A DNA stretch of 64,000 bases from Mobula hypostoma (taxonomy: Eukaryota). The DNA is taken from NCBI RefSeq assembly GCF_963921235.1, contig NC_086108.1:73720001-73784000 (forward strand), given 5' to 3'. Under the pieces are notes generated by a model. That model ran no database searches, was not told where the DNA came from, and saw only the letters and a program-made list of their open reading frames with translations. The position numbers and the translations under genes were made by a program. Shown piece by piece: positions 26,515 to 38,400 of the stretch; position 1 is the stretch's first letter; each line of letters opens with the position of its first letter.

Positions 26515-26802
26515 CTTTTTATTCAGTCCATTAGCCCAGCTGATTTATATCATTCACAGAGTGTAATAGTCACAACTGAAATTCACGGAAGTTGACAAAT
26601 GCTCCCTACAAACTTTCCATTTTTAAAGAACATCTTCTATTTTAGTTTAGACTAGAGAGCAACAAGAGTTAATCATACAGTTGATGTTTTGTATCAGTTC
26701 ATAAAAAACATACAAGGGCTCACCAGATTGTTATTCCATTCAAACATTGACAAAACAGCAGTGTACATCATTTGGATAGACTGTGCAGATGACTGGCTGT
26801 GT

Positions 26803-26883
26803 GGTGGGGAAATGCTGGTTACCAGCAGTGTGTGGCCAGCACATTCTTGGCCACACACTGCGGGTAGCCAGCACTTCCCCACC
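26803..26883. repeat. 81-nt inverted repeat (36-bp stem, 9-nt loop)
   Basis: GGTGGGGAAATGCTGGTTACCAGCAGTGTGTGGCCA versus TGGCCACACACTGCGGGTAGCCAGCACTTCCCCACC, 3 mismatches. Confidence 0.9.
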
Positions 26884-29179
26884 TGTGCATATCTGTGTTT
26901 TCAATACAGAGGTCAGGAACATACTGGAGGCCAGATGCCATTGCATTCTGTCTCCCACTGCACCGCTAAATTCAGCACTGTAGGGGCAGAGCTCAGTCAT
27001 CCCAAAAGTCATCCAACCCCTCAAGCATCAAAACCCCAATCAATTGCAGTTTTTCTTTTTTTTTAAATCTTACTCATTCCAAGGTTTGGTACTTTCAATG
27101 TGTTTTTAAATTTTAAAAATCTATTTTGCTTGTTATTCCATGCCCTTCACCATGTGAAAGAACAATGATCTGTTTTTAAGGCATCAGTGCAGTTCAGAAG
27201 TGAGTCCATCCCATCATTCTTTTGAGATGACTTTGATATCTAAGATCAAAATTGAGAAGAGGTTTGCGTGCTTGTAGACATGGTGCAGAGCTGATCATAA
27301 AGATTTCATTTTCATGATTCAGCCAACATTTTGTTCTTTGTTGAGGAGCAGAATTATAATTAGTGAAAATAATTTGAGTATGGTGATGTATCATTTTAAA
27401 AGGCATAGGTTCTGCATGATAAAGAGGACAACAGAATGAATTAGTCCATGCTTTCAATGACAAAAACATTTTAATACAATTGTATTAAATGGAGCCACAT
27501 TAAGAAACATCAGTGTAAACATTAAGAGTAGTTAGAAACAAATAGTACCAAAAGTATCATTTTGTAAATAACTGCAATTTTAGCACAATAATTTCAAGAA
27601 AATTGTCCAGATTTTCAGTCAATAATGATAATGAAGATGTGAATTATTTTCTTCACATCAATAATGCATTCCTATTTGAGGTGAAGTGAATTGGATGGTA
27701 ATTTCCAAAATCAGAACGTCTGAAATTAAAGAAGAAACTGCAAGTTGCTTCTTCGGTTGCCCTGTTTCTCCATAAACATTACTAAACCTGTAAATCAAGA
27801 TACTTAGCATTAAAGCTACAACAGCTTTCTAGCTCAATACTTTTTCCTAAACAGACCAAGGATAGAGCTCACCCACTGCAAAAGAATTTTTAACTATTTA
27901 ATGATTATCAAACAATTTCTTTGACAATTATTCATTCAGATTAATTATGGTTACATATTTAAAAGTTGTGAAAAATTAAAAAACATTTTGTCTGTTCTTT
28001 TTGAATCTCATTTTCTATTGTGGTTTTCATTTAACTTTCAATAGATGTTTTTACATTGAACTAAATATTCAAACTTTAACTACCCGGTTGAGATTATGGG
28101 CCTCAGAAAGGATTTTTGAATCTAATTTGTCAAAGACATGGTCATACAGGTATGCAACACTAAAATGACTCCCACTAATGTAATTTATTGCAATACAACA
28201 ACTAAAATTCAGAAAACAAAAAATTGCAAATACTTAAAGTCTTAAATTAAAACAGAAAACATGCATTAATTTAGCTCGTCAATGGAGATGGAAACAGTCT
28301 CAGATCAGTGATCTTTCATCACACCTTAGTACTACTTTGACCTCTGAAGAATCTCTAGCAAACCCTAAGTGCTGCTCACCTGCTGTTGACTGCTAAATGT
28401 TGGCCACCGCACTATACATTGCAGGATATGGTCAGACCTCCAAAGAGTGTTCAGCCATGTAAGCTAAAGTCATGACTTGAACACATGCTGTGATTTCATG
28501 ATTTACTGATACATATATAAGGAATTTGTCAGATGCCCGCTGATGGACTATTCATGGTGTCCAGAGACAGGACTCTGTCTTGCTGGGATTCCCTGCTAAT
28601 TCATTGGTTAAATCCCCTCTAAGCTCCTGTTCCAATCAAAATCCAGGATCTAAATTCCATTGATTCCAATGGAGAAACCAGGCTTGCAGATTCAGAGGTA
28701 AATGGGAAGGTAACTTTTCTTAGCAACACACACAAAATGCTGGAAGCATTTCTTCTTTACCCATTTTGTTTTAGTTTTTAAGCAATTTTTATGTTTATAA
28801 TGAATTAGAATAATTATTTTAAATTATATCAACCTTTATGTTTATGATCACAAAATCTATGACAGTGTTCACTAAAATCCTTTCAGGAACATTGCATGGT
28901 GGGGCTGGGCAAACCTCCACACCACATCAAATGAGAACAAGCCACCATTTAGGCATGTAGCTCAACTTGAAGGAAGGAAAGACCAGTGAATTTGAACCCA
29001 TGTTAAAGAAAACATAGGTCTATGAGGATTGTGGACAGATTTACAAGATCCAGCCAATTGTTTGTATTTTTCAACTACGTCTACGAATGTGACAATGACA
29101 GGTTTACTCATTTTGCTGGAAGCCATAAACTGGGAGACATAACATTGGAGAGTAGAAAACATACATTTACCCCTATGTA

Positions 29180-29935
29180 TGTCCATGGATTCTGGTTAAT
29201 TGGGTAGACGCTTATTAGGGACAACTCCTAAAGAACAAAAACTTGGCGAAAATAGCTCGAATTCCCTTCATGCATTTGGGACAGAAGACTGTCAACCAGT
29301 TTCTAACCAGAGTCAGTCAAGCACACTTGTGTGACCATTAGACACTACCCTGTGCTTAGAGCGAACAGTTTTTAAGTAGTATTATTTGCATGTGTGTTCA
29401 AAAAACAGTAATTTTTGTCCCTGATAGTTGGAGAAAAATAAGCAGTAAGACAATTCCCAACTGCTTAGCTCACTGCGATTTCAAGTATTCAAGATGGGGA
29501 TGCCAAAAACAGCCAGGAGTGAAAATAAAATGATTTCACTACTTCAACAAGTTTAGGAACTAAAAAATTTGGAGGCATCAACAATCATCCTGAATGTTGG
29601 AGGAATTAACCTTTGGAAAACATTAAAGGCAGACCTTTATCTGGACTAGGTGTCTGTGCTGATTTTGTTCATTTATAGTCAGTCAGAAGAATATGACAGT
29701 ACACTACACTGGATGAATTCCTCCATCAATAATCTAATACACAGTTTTATAGCACTATAGTAGTATTAGTAGTGTTCTAATTTGTTCTGTATTTCATTTA
29801 AACACATAATTTCTTACTCAGTTAAAAAGTAGTTTGTCTTTTTTTATACCTTTTTAAATGTCTATGAAACTTCAGCTAATTTGGACAGCCATTTAATTAG
29901 CCACAATGTGCTGGTCCCAATAGAATCCACTACAT
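29180..29935. mobile_element. Old Tigger-like non-autonomous DNA transposon
   Basis: Degenerate inverted ends TGGATTCT...AGAATCCA with GTTAATTGG/AATTAGCC subterminal motifs. Confidence 0.5.
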
Positions 29936-30029
29936 ATGGTAACCAGCAACATTGTACATTTGAAAAACATATATATATATTCCGTTGCTCAGTTTCCATT
30001 GAAATAGCTGCTGAAATTCCATTCTAAAA

Positions 30030-30840
30030 TTCCAACCAAAAATAAATGATTTAACTCCAGTATGAGGACAGCCTGAGAGCTTTTAACTTCTTCCTCAAAC
30101 AGAGACCTAAGCAGTTCCCCTCCACCAACACATTCTATCACCTGGCTGAACTTCTCTTCCCATTAAGTGTCTTCTAATTTCACTTAGTTTTCTCCAGATC
30201 AAAGGTGTATTTATGAACGTTAGACCTGTCTTTTTAGTGGGATATGTGAAATAGTCCACTTGCATTTTACTCTCAAAACATTGATGGCTGTGTTGTTGCT
30301 GTATCCTGAACTCATACTGAGCATGAAAATTTCAACACTTTCAAAGCCAATTTCACAGCAGTGAGCCTAAACATGTCACCCTCCTACACCAATCTGACCT
30401 CTGTTTGTGGACTCCAGCCCTGTTACAACAAACCCAATGCAAGCATGAGAAACAACACCCCATCTTTTGTCAGGTTTTATGGTAGCTTGCAGGATTCAAT
30501 ACCAAATTTGTCAAATTTAGAATACTCCTCCTTTCTCTCTGTACCAGGACTGGCTGGTTCTACCTGCACCACCTCACCCTACCTATTCCCCGCCCCCAAC
30601 TTGTCTGTTTTTTTCTCCCTTTTATAATCTGAACTGCTGGACATAGCCCTGGAGAGATTATACAACATTCCCCAGCCTTTATAACATCAGAAAAACATCA
30701 CACAAAGGAGTTTAAATGCTTCTTAACAACCAAATTACTTCATCCAATCTGAGAAACTCCCTTGAAATTAAGAGTATGTTAACTACTTCTCATTCCCCGA
30801 TGCTGGCTGACTTGCTGAATTTTTCCAGTATTCTGTTTTC
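30030..30840 (+). mobile_element. Highly decayed PLE remnant
   Basis: AGACCTAAGCAGTTCCCCTCCACCA resembles 5189-5215; GATGCTGGCTGACTTGCTGA tail near 30800. Confidence 0.65.
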
Positions 30841-31607
30841 ACCATTCATGATTTACTGATGGGAGAAACGAGGAAATAAGATGCTAAAATATTTTCAACA
30901 CTGGAAATTTAGCATACCAAAAACATTGAAAGGCTCTGTTTGTGAAAATATTTTCAAGTTTCACACAGAACTCATGTACAAGGATTATTGTTTTTAATTT
31001 GCATATACATTTCTGGAGTAAAGGATTACCATTCTTAAGCAAGGCATATGGACTAAGACTGAAAGACTGATTCTGCTGGATCTGGTCTGCTACCTATAGT
31101 CCACTTGATTACGTGGATTTAATATGGAGGCACAATGTTACTCTGACCCCATTTCGGAATTTCCGTCTGCTTTAATAGAAGGCAAAGCTGTAAGGCACAC
31201 TAATAGACTTTAAATACTTCCAGCATTCAGAGACATGCAAAAACAATTAGCATTGATTAAAGTCATTTATATGAATTTGAAAATATTGAAGAATTGGAAA
31301 AAACATGAAAAATATTGAAATAATTAAACATTAAACTAAAGTAACTTTTGTTCAAATATTAAAACTTAATTTGCCATTTTTTTCCTAATCCACAACCCTC
31401 AAATCACTATAGAGATCAATAATATTCAGAACATGTGCTGGGTTCTCCAGCAAAATGATAAAGCATCATAACAAGCCTGGATTCCAGTGGGCTCGAACTG
31501 CCAATTTTGACAAGACTTATAGAAACCTTATATGGTTGAACTCAAACCATAAACTCTAGCCAGCAAGATTTGATTGTCTAGATATAAAATAAATAAGAAG
31601 CCATGTT

Positions 31608-31766
31608 ACAAACAAGAGAAAATCTGCAGATGCTGAAAAACTATGCAACATACACAAAAGAGTACAGTTGACCTCTTGGGTTGAGATCCTTCAGCAGGCC
31701 CAAAAGGTCGACTACTCTTTTCCAGCGATGCTGCCTGGCCTGCTGAGTTCCTCCAGCATTTTGTTT
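31608..31766. mobile_element. Miniature fold-back PLE derivative
   Basis: Two opposed PLE termini; degenerate TSD GAAGCCATGTT/GAAGACATGCT. Confidence 0.75.
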
Positions 31767-32204
31767 GAAGACATGCTGTAAGGTTGTTACCACAATAATA
31801 TATCAGATTTAACTTAATGCATAAATGGTAGAAAATATAGTTCAAACGGAAATTTTAAGGACCTAAGCTATGGTTCAGAAATCACTAACATTTGAACCAA
31901 CAAGACTAGATGCCATTAAAAATTTCTGATGTGCACTTTGGAATTTCCCATTTACAAATATTTAGATAAAACAATTTCTTTCCTCCCTATCCAGCTATGC
32001 AATTCATCTTAATATATAAACAGCTGAAGATTTATAAAGTAAACCTTGTTTTCACTGAAAACAATGTCCAATAATCATTAAATGTTTCAAACTTTACAGC
32101 CACAGTAATTCAAACAAATGCATTATCTCCTCACTGAAATTTCAACTTTAGTAGTATTACACTTAACTGACATGCTTGCCAAGATTTATTTTTATACCAC
32201 TAAC

Positions 32205-32359
32205 CTGAGGCTACGTGATCGAGGACGCATGGTTGGAGACTGTCGTCCATCATCGTCTGTGATGCTCTCAGTGCTGAAGTGCTTGCTGAGGAAATGCAGT
32301 TCATCGGCTGTTGGCTGATATGGCAGCTGGTGAAGTTTCTCCTGTGACGAGCAGGATGA
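32205..32359 (-). CDS. MAST2: MAST2 exon (155 nt): [51 protein letters not shown](S)
   Basis: cacacAG acceptor and GTtagt donor; DUF1908 region of MAST kinases. Confidence 0.96.
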
Positions 32360-32599
32360 CTGTGTGCAGTAAACAAAACTGTCTCTAAGTGCTATTTCTC
32401 ATCAGCCCACTCCATTCTTCTAAATTACAGGAGTATATTAGTGAAAGAAGATATAGGTATTCAAGTGACAATGAAACAAGTAAATTTCTCCCACAGAACA
32501 TCACATTTGAAACTCACGCCTGAAATCTAAAGAATTACAATAGCTTTCGAAAAACAAAGCTGAATTATTTTTAAGAGTAAAGTACAATTTTAAGCTGAT

Positions 32600-33235
32600 A
32601 TACAAAGTTCACAGTTCAAAACAGCTTTATTTATTATCAAGTATGTATATGTTCTTAAGTACTAGTGTGAAATTCATTTTCTTACATGCATTTACAGGAA
32701 GAATACAATTGAATTTCAAAAAAACAGCCAAAAACTGGCAAACAACCAATGCGCGAAAGAAATCAAACTGTGCAAATAATACTGAGAACAGGAATTGTAA
32801 AAGAGCCCTTAAAAGTGAGTCTGTAGGTCATAGAATCAGTTCAGAGTTGCAGTGATTGAAGTTATCCACACCAGTAAAGGGGCCTGCTGGTTGTAGGGTA
32901 ATAACAAAACTGGTGGTGTGGGACCTAAAGCTTCTGTACTCCTCTCCAAGGTTAGCAGCGAGAAGATGGCATGGCTGAATGAAGGGGGTCTTTGATGATA
33001 GATGCTGTTTTCTTATGGCAGGGCTCCATATAGATGTACTTAATGATGGAGAGGACTTTGCCTGGGTATACCCCACATTTTCTGTAGCTATTTCTGGTTC
33101 TGGACATTGGTGTTTCCATAAGAGGTCATGATGCAAACAGTTCGGATACTCTTCACTGTGCATCTATAGACATTTGTCAAAATTTTAAATGAGACACTGA
33201 ACCTACGCAAACTTCTAAGCAAGTAGTGGTGCTGT
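32600..33235 (-). mobile_element. Rex-Babar-type LINE 3' fragment
   Basis: Reverse-complement similarity to 10690-11760 and 58400-58760. Confidence 0.65.
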
Positions 33236-35412
33236 TGGTTATTATTATCATTTCTGTTAAATTATTTCAGCACAACTGTTTGAGCTATAGTTGTGAATGA
33301 AGTACTCCAAATGCAATCCATTCCTTGGACAAGTAGCTTAACAAAGAATATCAAAACAAAAAAAAACATATAATACAGGGCTTAACTACGCTGCAAGTCA
33401 GCAGTGAGATAACATATTGAAGAATAAAAACCAAAAATAAATATAATTCATTATGTATGCTCTTCAGCCGTAAATATAATACTAAAAACAGTTAGAAAGA
33501 CGTTGGGGTAGATGATCAACTGCTGCAAAGTTTACGGCTGCCTACACCAAGACCACTTTTTTTTTTATCTCAGCAAGGTCTTGGCACAGGTCCTTTGGGA
33601 ATTAGCCTCTACAGAGTTTCAGCGTGCTTGACTGCACCGTGAAGGCCGGCTCAGCACAGACGACCTGCTGCTCTCACAGACTAGTTTTTAGAGCCAGTGA
33701 GGCTCACTAACAGTCATATTATCAGTACATCTGACTGTCAATGCCTTTGATATTTGCAGACAGTTACTCATTGGACTTAAGTTTTACAAGAAAGGTACAT
33801 TAAGAAACATTTTTGCACCCCCAAAAAAATCAATGAAAAACATTGAAGTCAAATAAATAAAACATAAAAGAAATTGGCTAGCAGTAAGTTTCTCCTATTA
33901 GAACTCAGGAGTTCTACCAGTTTAATTTTAGGTAGGAACAGCAGACAGGCTTCCTGGGAAGCCTATGAAATTTTGTCCTGCCCTGTTAAGACCCAAAAGA
34001 GCATCCTTTGCTGCAGCAGTTAGGTGGGGGTTGATGCCATTTGCATAGTCCTATGCCAGCGCTGGAAATGTGCACGTCTGCTGGGGTAATCAGTATATGT
34101 AGTGGTATCAAATTAGAAGTTCCACCCCATTAAACCTTAGTTTCTCAATTTTAAGTAAAAGCACAAAGTCAATTGCATTGGTATTATCATATCTGGAAGG
34201 CTAACACATGCAAAACAGAAACATAACCAGAATTAGATTTCATTGCCCTTGAACCTTGCCTACTTTGCACTAAGAGTATGAAAAGAGATCTCAGACCTTT
34301 AGGTTAATAAACAATCATCCAGTTCCTTCACTTTGAAATCTCTCAATGTCAGTCTTGTTTAAACCAAAGAAGTGAACCACCACAGCTTCTGAAATGGAGA
34401 ATTCTATCCTCTCTGAAAGAATATTTTCCTCACCCAAGACCCAAAAGACCATTTCATTGTCCTGATATTATGCCGCCTACTTTTCAGCATTGAACAGCAG
34501 TAAAGAGCCTCTTGGCAAATCACTCAGAATCTTTCACGTCTCAATGATAAAATGTGTCGATACTCAAAATTTCAATAACTTTAGGCCAACCTCTCATTTT
34601 CTAACAGATCTCCCCTTCCAGGAACCAACTTAAGTTATCTGGAAATTCTAACATAACCTCATGAGTGCACTAAAAGGGTTTGGCAGATGACTTTCGTTAT
34701 TCACACTCCGTTGAAAACCTCCTCAAGTTACTAAGGAGATCTAAAGTTATATGGCACTGCACATTTTCAGGGTGACTGATTTTGAAGACTAGGATTGTGA
34801 ATTCAGTACAGGCGAGGAAGGAAACAAAGTGAATAGCACTGATCATGAAAATTGGGATTGCATACTCAATGATTCATTAAAGGGATCACTCTGGTTAGAA
34901 TTAAGTCACAATTGAGAAACTATCATGCTGCTAGGATACACTGAAGACCTGATCAAATGGAAAAGGAAGGTAGAGGGCCAAATTTACAGGCAAATCATAG
35001 CAAGATGCAAAAACTACAAACAATAGAGTGCAACGATACTAACAATAGACTGAACAACTACTAACAATACAGCAACACTTAGATAATCTGGCATACTTAG
35101 GACTTTGGTGATGCTGGACAGGCATATTTTCCAAACTATTGGATGTTATTGATACCAGCATCATTTTTAAATTATTTTCTTTAAATGTTACAAATAATTT
35201 GATAAACTTACCAGTGAACCTCATGAGTGTAAAGACAGCATGGAAAGTAGGGGCCCCAATGAATTAATAGGGAGCAAGAAACCAGTGCCCTAGTGGAATG
35301 AATCAAAGCATGGGAACTGAAGCATTAACAGGGTATAAGAACCAAGACCCTAATGAGTTGATAGAGAGCACAATAAACATCACCTGGTGAATCTGATATA
35401 GTAGAAACCTAC

Positions 35413-38400
35413 TGGCTGTCGATGGAGTAGCAGCGTTTTTATAGTTGCTCCTACTTTACTTAATTTGCTGTTTCCAACTTGTTTTGAAATCTTACTTTTA
35501 AACGCAATATTGTTTTACGATGACAGGTGTCAAAGCTACTAAAAAAGAAGAGGACCCTCCTATAACTTTGGAATCTATTATGGAGACACCTTGGAAGCAT
35601 AAAAATGAGCTTTCAGAGGAGTTCCAGCAGAAATTCCAGCAACTCAGCGCTGAATTTAAACGAATGGATGTAAAATTGGATTCTATTCAAAAAACTTTAA
35701 GTGAACACGATAAACAGATAAAAGAGAATGAAGACACTTTGATGATGTTGGATGCGAAGATTGATGACCTGGAAAAGATCTGTGATAAACAGTCAAAGGT
35801 TAATGAAAAATTAAGACAGAAGATTATCGAATTAGAAAATAGAAGCAGAAGAAATAATTTACGAATTCTGGGTTTTAAAGAGTTAATGGAAGGCAATCAG
35901 CCTTCAGAATTTTTTGCAAACCATTTGGCTAACTTATTTCCGAATATTTAAAAATCTCCACCTAAAATAGACCAAGCTCATAGATCGCCAGTACCAAGAC
36001 CTCCTCCAGGATGGTACTCCTCCTCCAAGACCCCATTCAGTGATAATTTGTCTTCACGACTTTCAACTAAGGAACTTTTAATTCGTGAGTGTCGTTGGAA
36101 AGGTATGATTGATTAAGAAGGCCAGAAGATCAGAATGTGAAGGAGTTTTCACCCGAGGTGTTGAATGAACACTTCAAGTTTTAAAAAGTTATGTCAGAAT
36201 TGTATAATAAAGGTTTTAAACCCTCTCTTCATTGCCCCGCTCGACTTAGAATCATTTTGAAAAATGGCTCTCAGAAATGGTTCTGTTTGACTCAAGAGGT
36301 GCAGGATTTTTTAATTTCCGAATCAGTATCAGAAGTTTAACTGTTCAATAATTCCCTACGTAAATCTATGTTGCAACTGCCTGATGGATCCTTTTTTTAA
36401 GAATCAGCAGTCTAACTGTTGATTACTTTCTTTTATGAACAATTGTTTTTTTTTAAACTTTTGGTATACCTTCCTATCTAATTTTTTTTGTACTTCTACT
36501 TCTTTGCTTAGAAAATTAAGGATTTAACATCAGTAAGTTTTCACTGAGTTAATAATTTCCAAGTTAATAGGTTCTGAATTTTCTTAGTTCTTTTTAATAT
36601 TTTATACTATATTTTTTCATGAGTTTTTTTTAATAAGTTTAATTTTGCTCTGTTTTTTGTTGTGTCTTGTTGGAATGCAGTTAGCCTTGAAATTTTTTTG
36701 GAGCTCAGCCAGTAGATTGTTTTGGGAGTGTAATATTGGTAGGTTTAGCTGTCGACTGCCCTTTGGTCAGGTTTCTCTCTTTGGGTGGGTTTCTTCTTTT
36801 CTATCAGCTGTTTGGTTCTCTTAGATTCATTTGCTGCTTGGTTACTTTATCTTAAAGCTCATTGATTGGATTTAGTATGCATTCCAGCAGTTTTTATTCT
36901 GACCTCTCCTTTAAGCAATATTTAAAATGGACCATATGATTAATTTACTTAGTTTTAATGTGAAAGGATTAAACCATCCTGTGAAATATAAGATACTTAA
37001 TAATATTAAGAAATTGAAAGTCTCAATTTTTTTTACAAGAAACACATGTTCATAAATGCGATTAACTTACGTCTTTTCAACTGTTGGACGGGCTTATTTT
37101 TTCATTCCTCCTTTCAGGCTAAGGCCAGAGGAGTTTCGATTCTTATAGACAATTCAGTTTCTTTCATTCAACATAATGTAGTGTCTGATACCAACGGGCG
37201 TTTTGTTATAGTGTTAGGGAAATTAGATAATAAATTAATGATTTTTACTAATTCATATGCCCCGAATATAGATGATCCAGGTTTTTTTGAACACTTTTTT
37301 TCGCTTTTACCAGACTTAAGTCTGTATTCTCTGGTTTTAGGAGGAGACTTCAACTGTTGTTTAGACCCTGTTTTAGATCGCTCATCTTTTAAATGATTGA
37401 CTTTTAGTAGATCTGCCTCCTTTGTCCAATCTTTTCTAATGAAAGGTGATATTGTTGATTTGGCACTTTTTGCATCCAACAGATAAAGAGTACTCATTTT
37501 TTTCTCACATTCATCATACATATTCCAGGATTTTTTTTTTGTTGATAGTCAATTGATTCCATTGATTCAATCCTGTAAATATAAAAAAATTGCTGTTTCA
37601 GATCATGCTCCTGTGTTTTTATCTTTAAATTTTCCGGGTGTCTCCCAAATAAACAGATTCTGGCGTTTTAATCCAACTCTGTTATCTGATAAGGATTTTT
37701 TAAAATTTTTGGAGAGACAAATTACTTTTTTACTTCTAGTCTTATTTTATGGGATGCTTTTAAGGCTTATATTAGAGGACAAATTATTTCTTTTACCACA
37801 AGTGTTAAGAAAAAAACTAATAAGGAGAGAATTGAATTAGCCAATCAGTTGAAACAATTAGACCAAAAATATGCTTTGGCTCCAGATTCTGCTTCATATA
37901 AAAGACATGTTGAAATTAAAACTAAATACGATCTGCTTTTAACTTATCCAATTGAAACTCAACTTTTAAAAGATAAAAGTCAGTTTCATGTTCATGGAGA
38001 TAAAACGGTTAAACTATTGGCTAACCAATTAAAGACCTTTATAGTTAAATGCCAAATTAAAGAAATTTGTAAAGTTAATCGTGATAAAACATCTGATAAT
38101 TTAGAAATAAATGATACTTTTAGAGAATTCTATTCTAAACTTTAGAGTTCTGATCCTCCGAAAGATAATACTGTAATGAATAATTTCTTAGATCGATTAA
38201 ACATTCCTACACTTTCTGATGACAATCGAAAATTGCTGGATCAACCCACTTCTTACGAGGAAATTGCCGAGGTTGTTCACTCTTTGCACTCGGGGAAGAC
38301 TCCGGGTCCTGACGGAGTTTCTGGAGAGTTTTATAAGGCTTTTTCCTCTTTGCTTATACCTCACTTATATTCAGTTCTTCGGACTCTTTTAAATTAAGTA

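Noticed and set aside
26689..27066. Overlapping ORFs on both strands with similar peptides
   Set aside because: Artefact of the 26803-26883 palindrome
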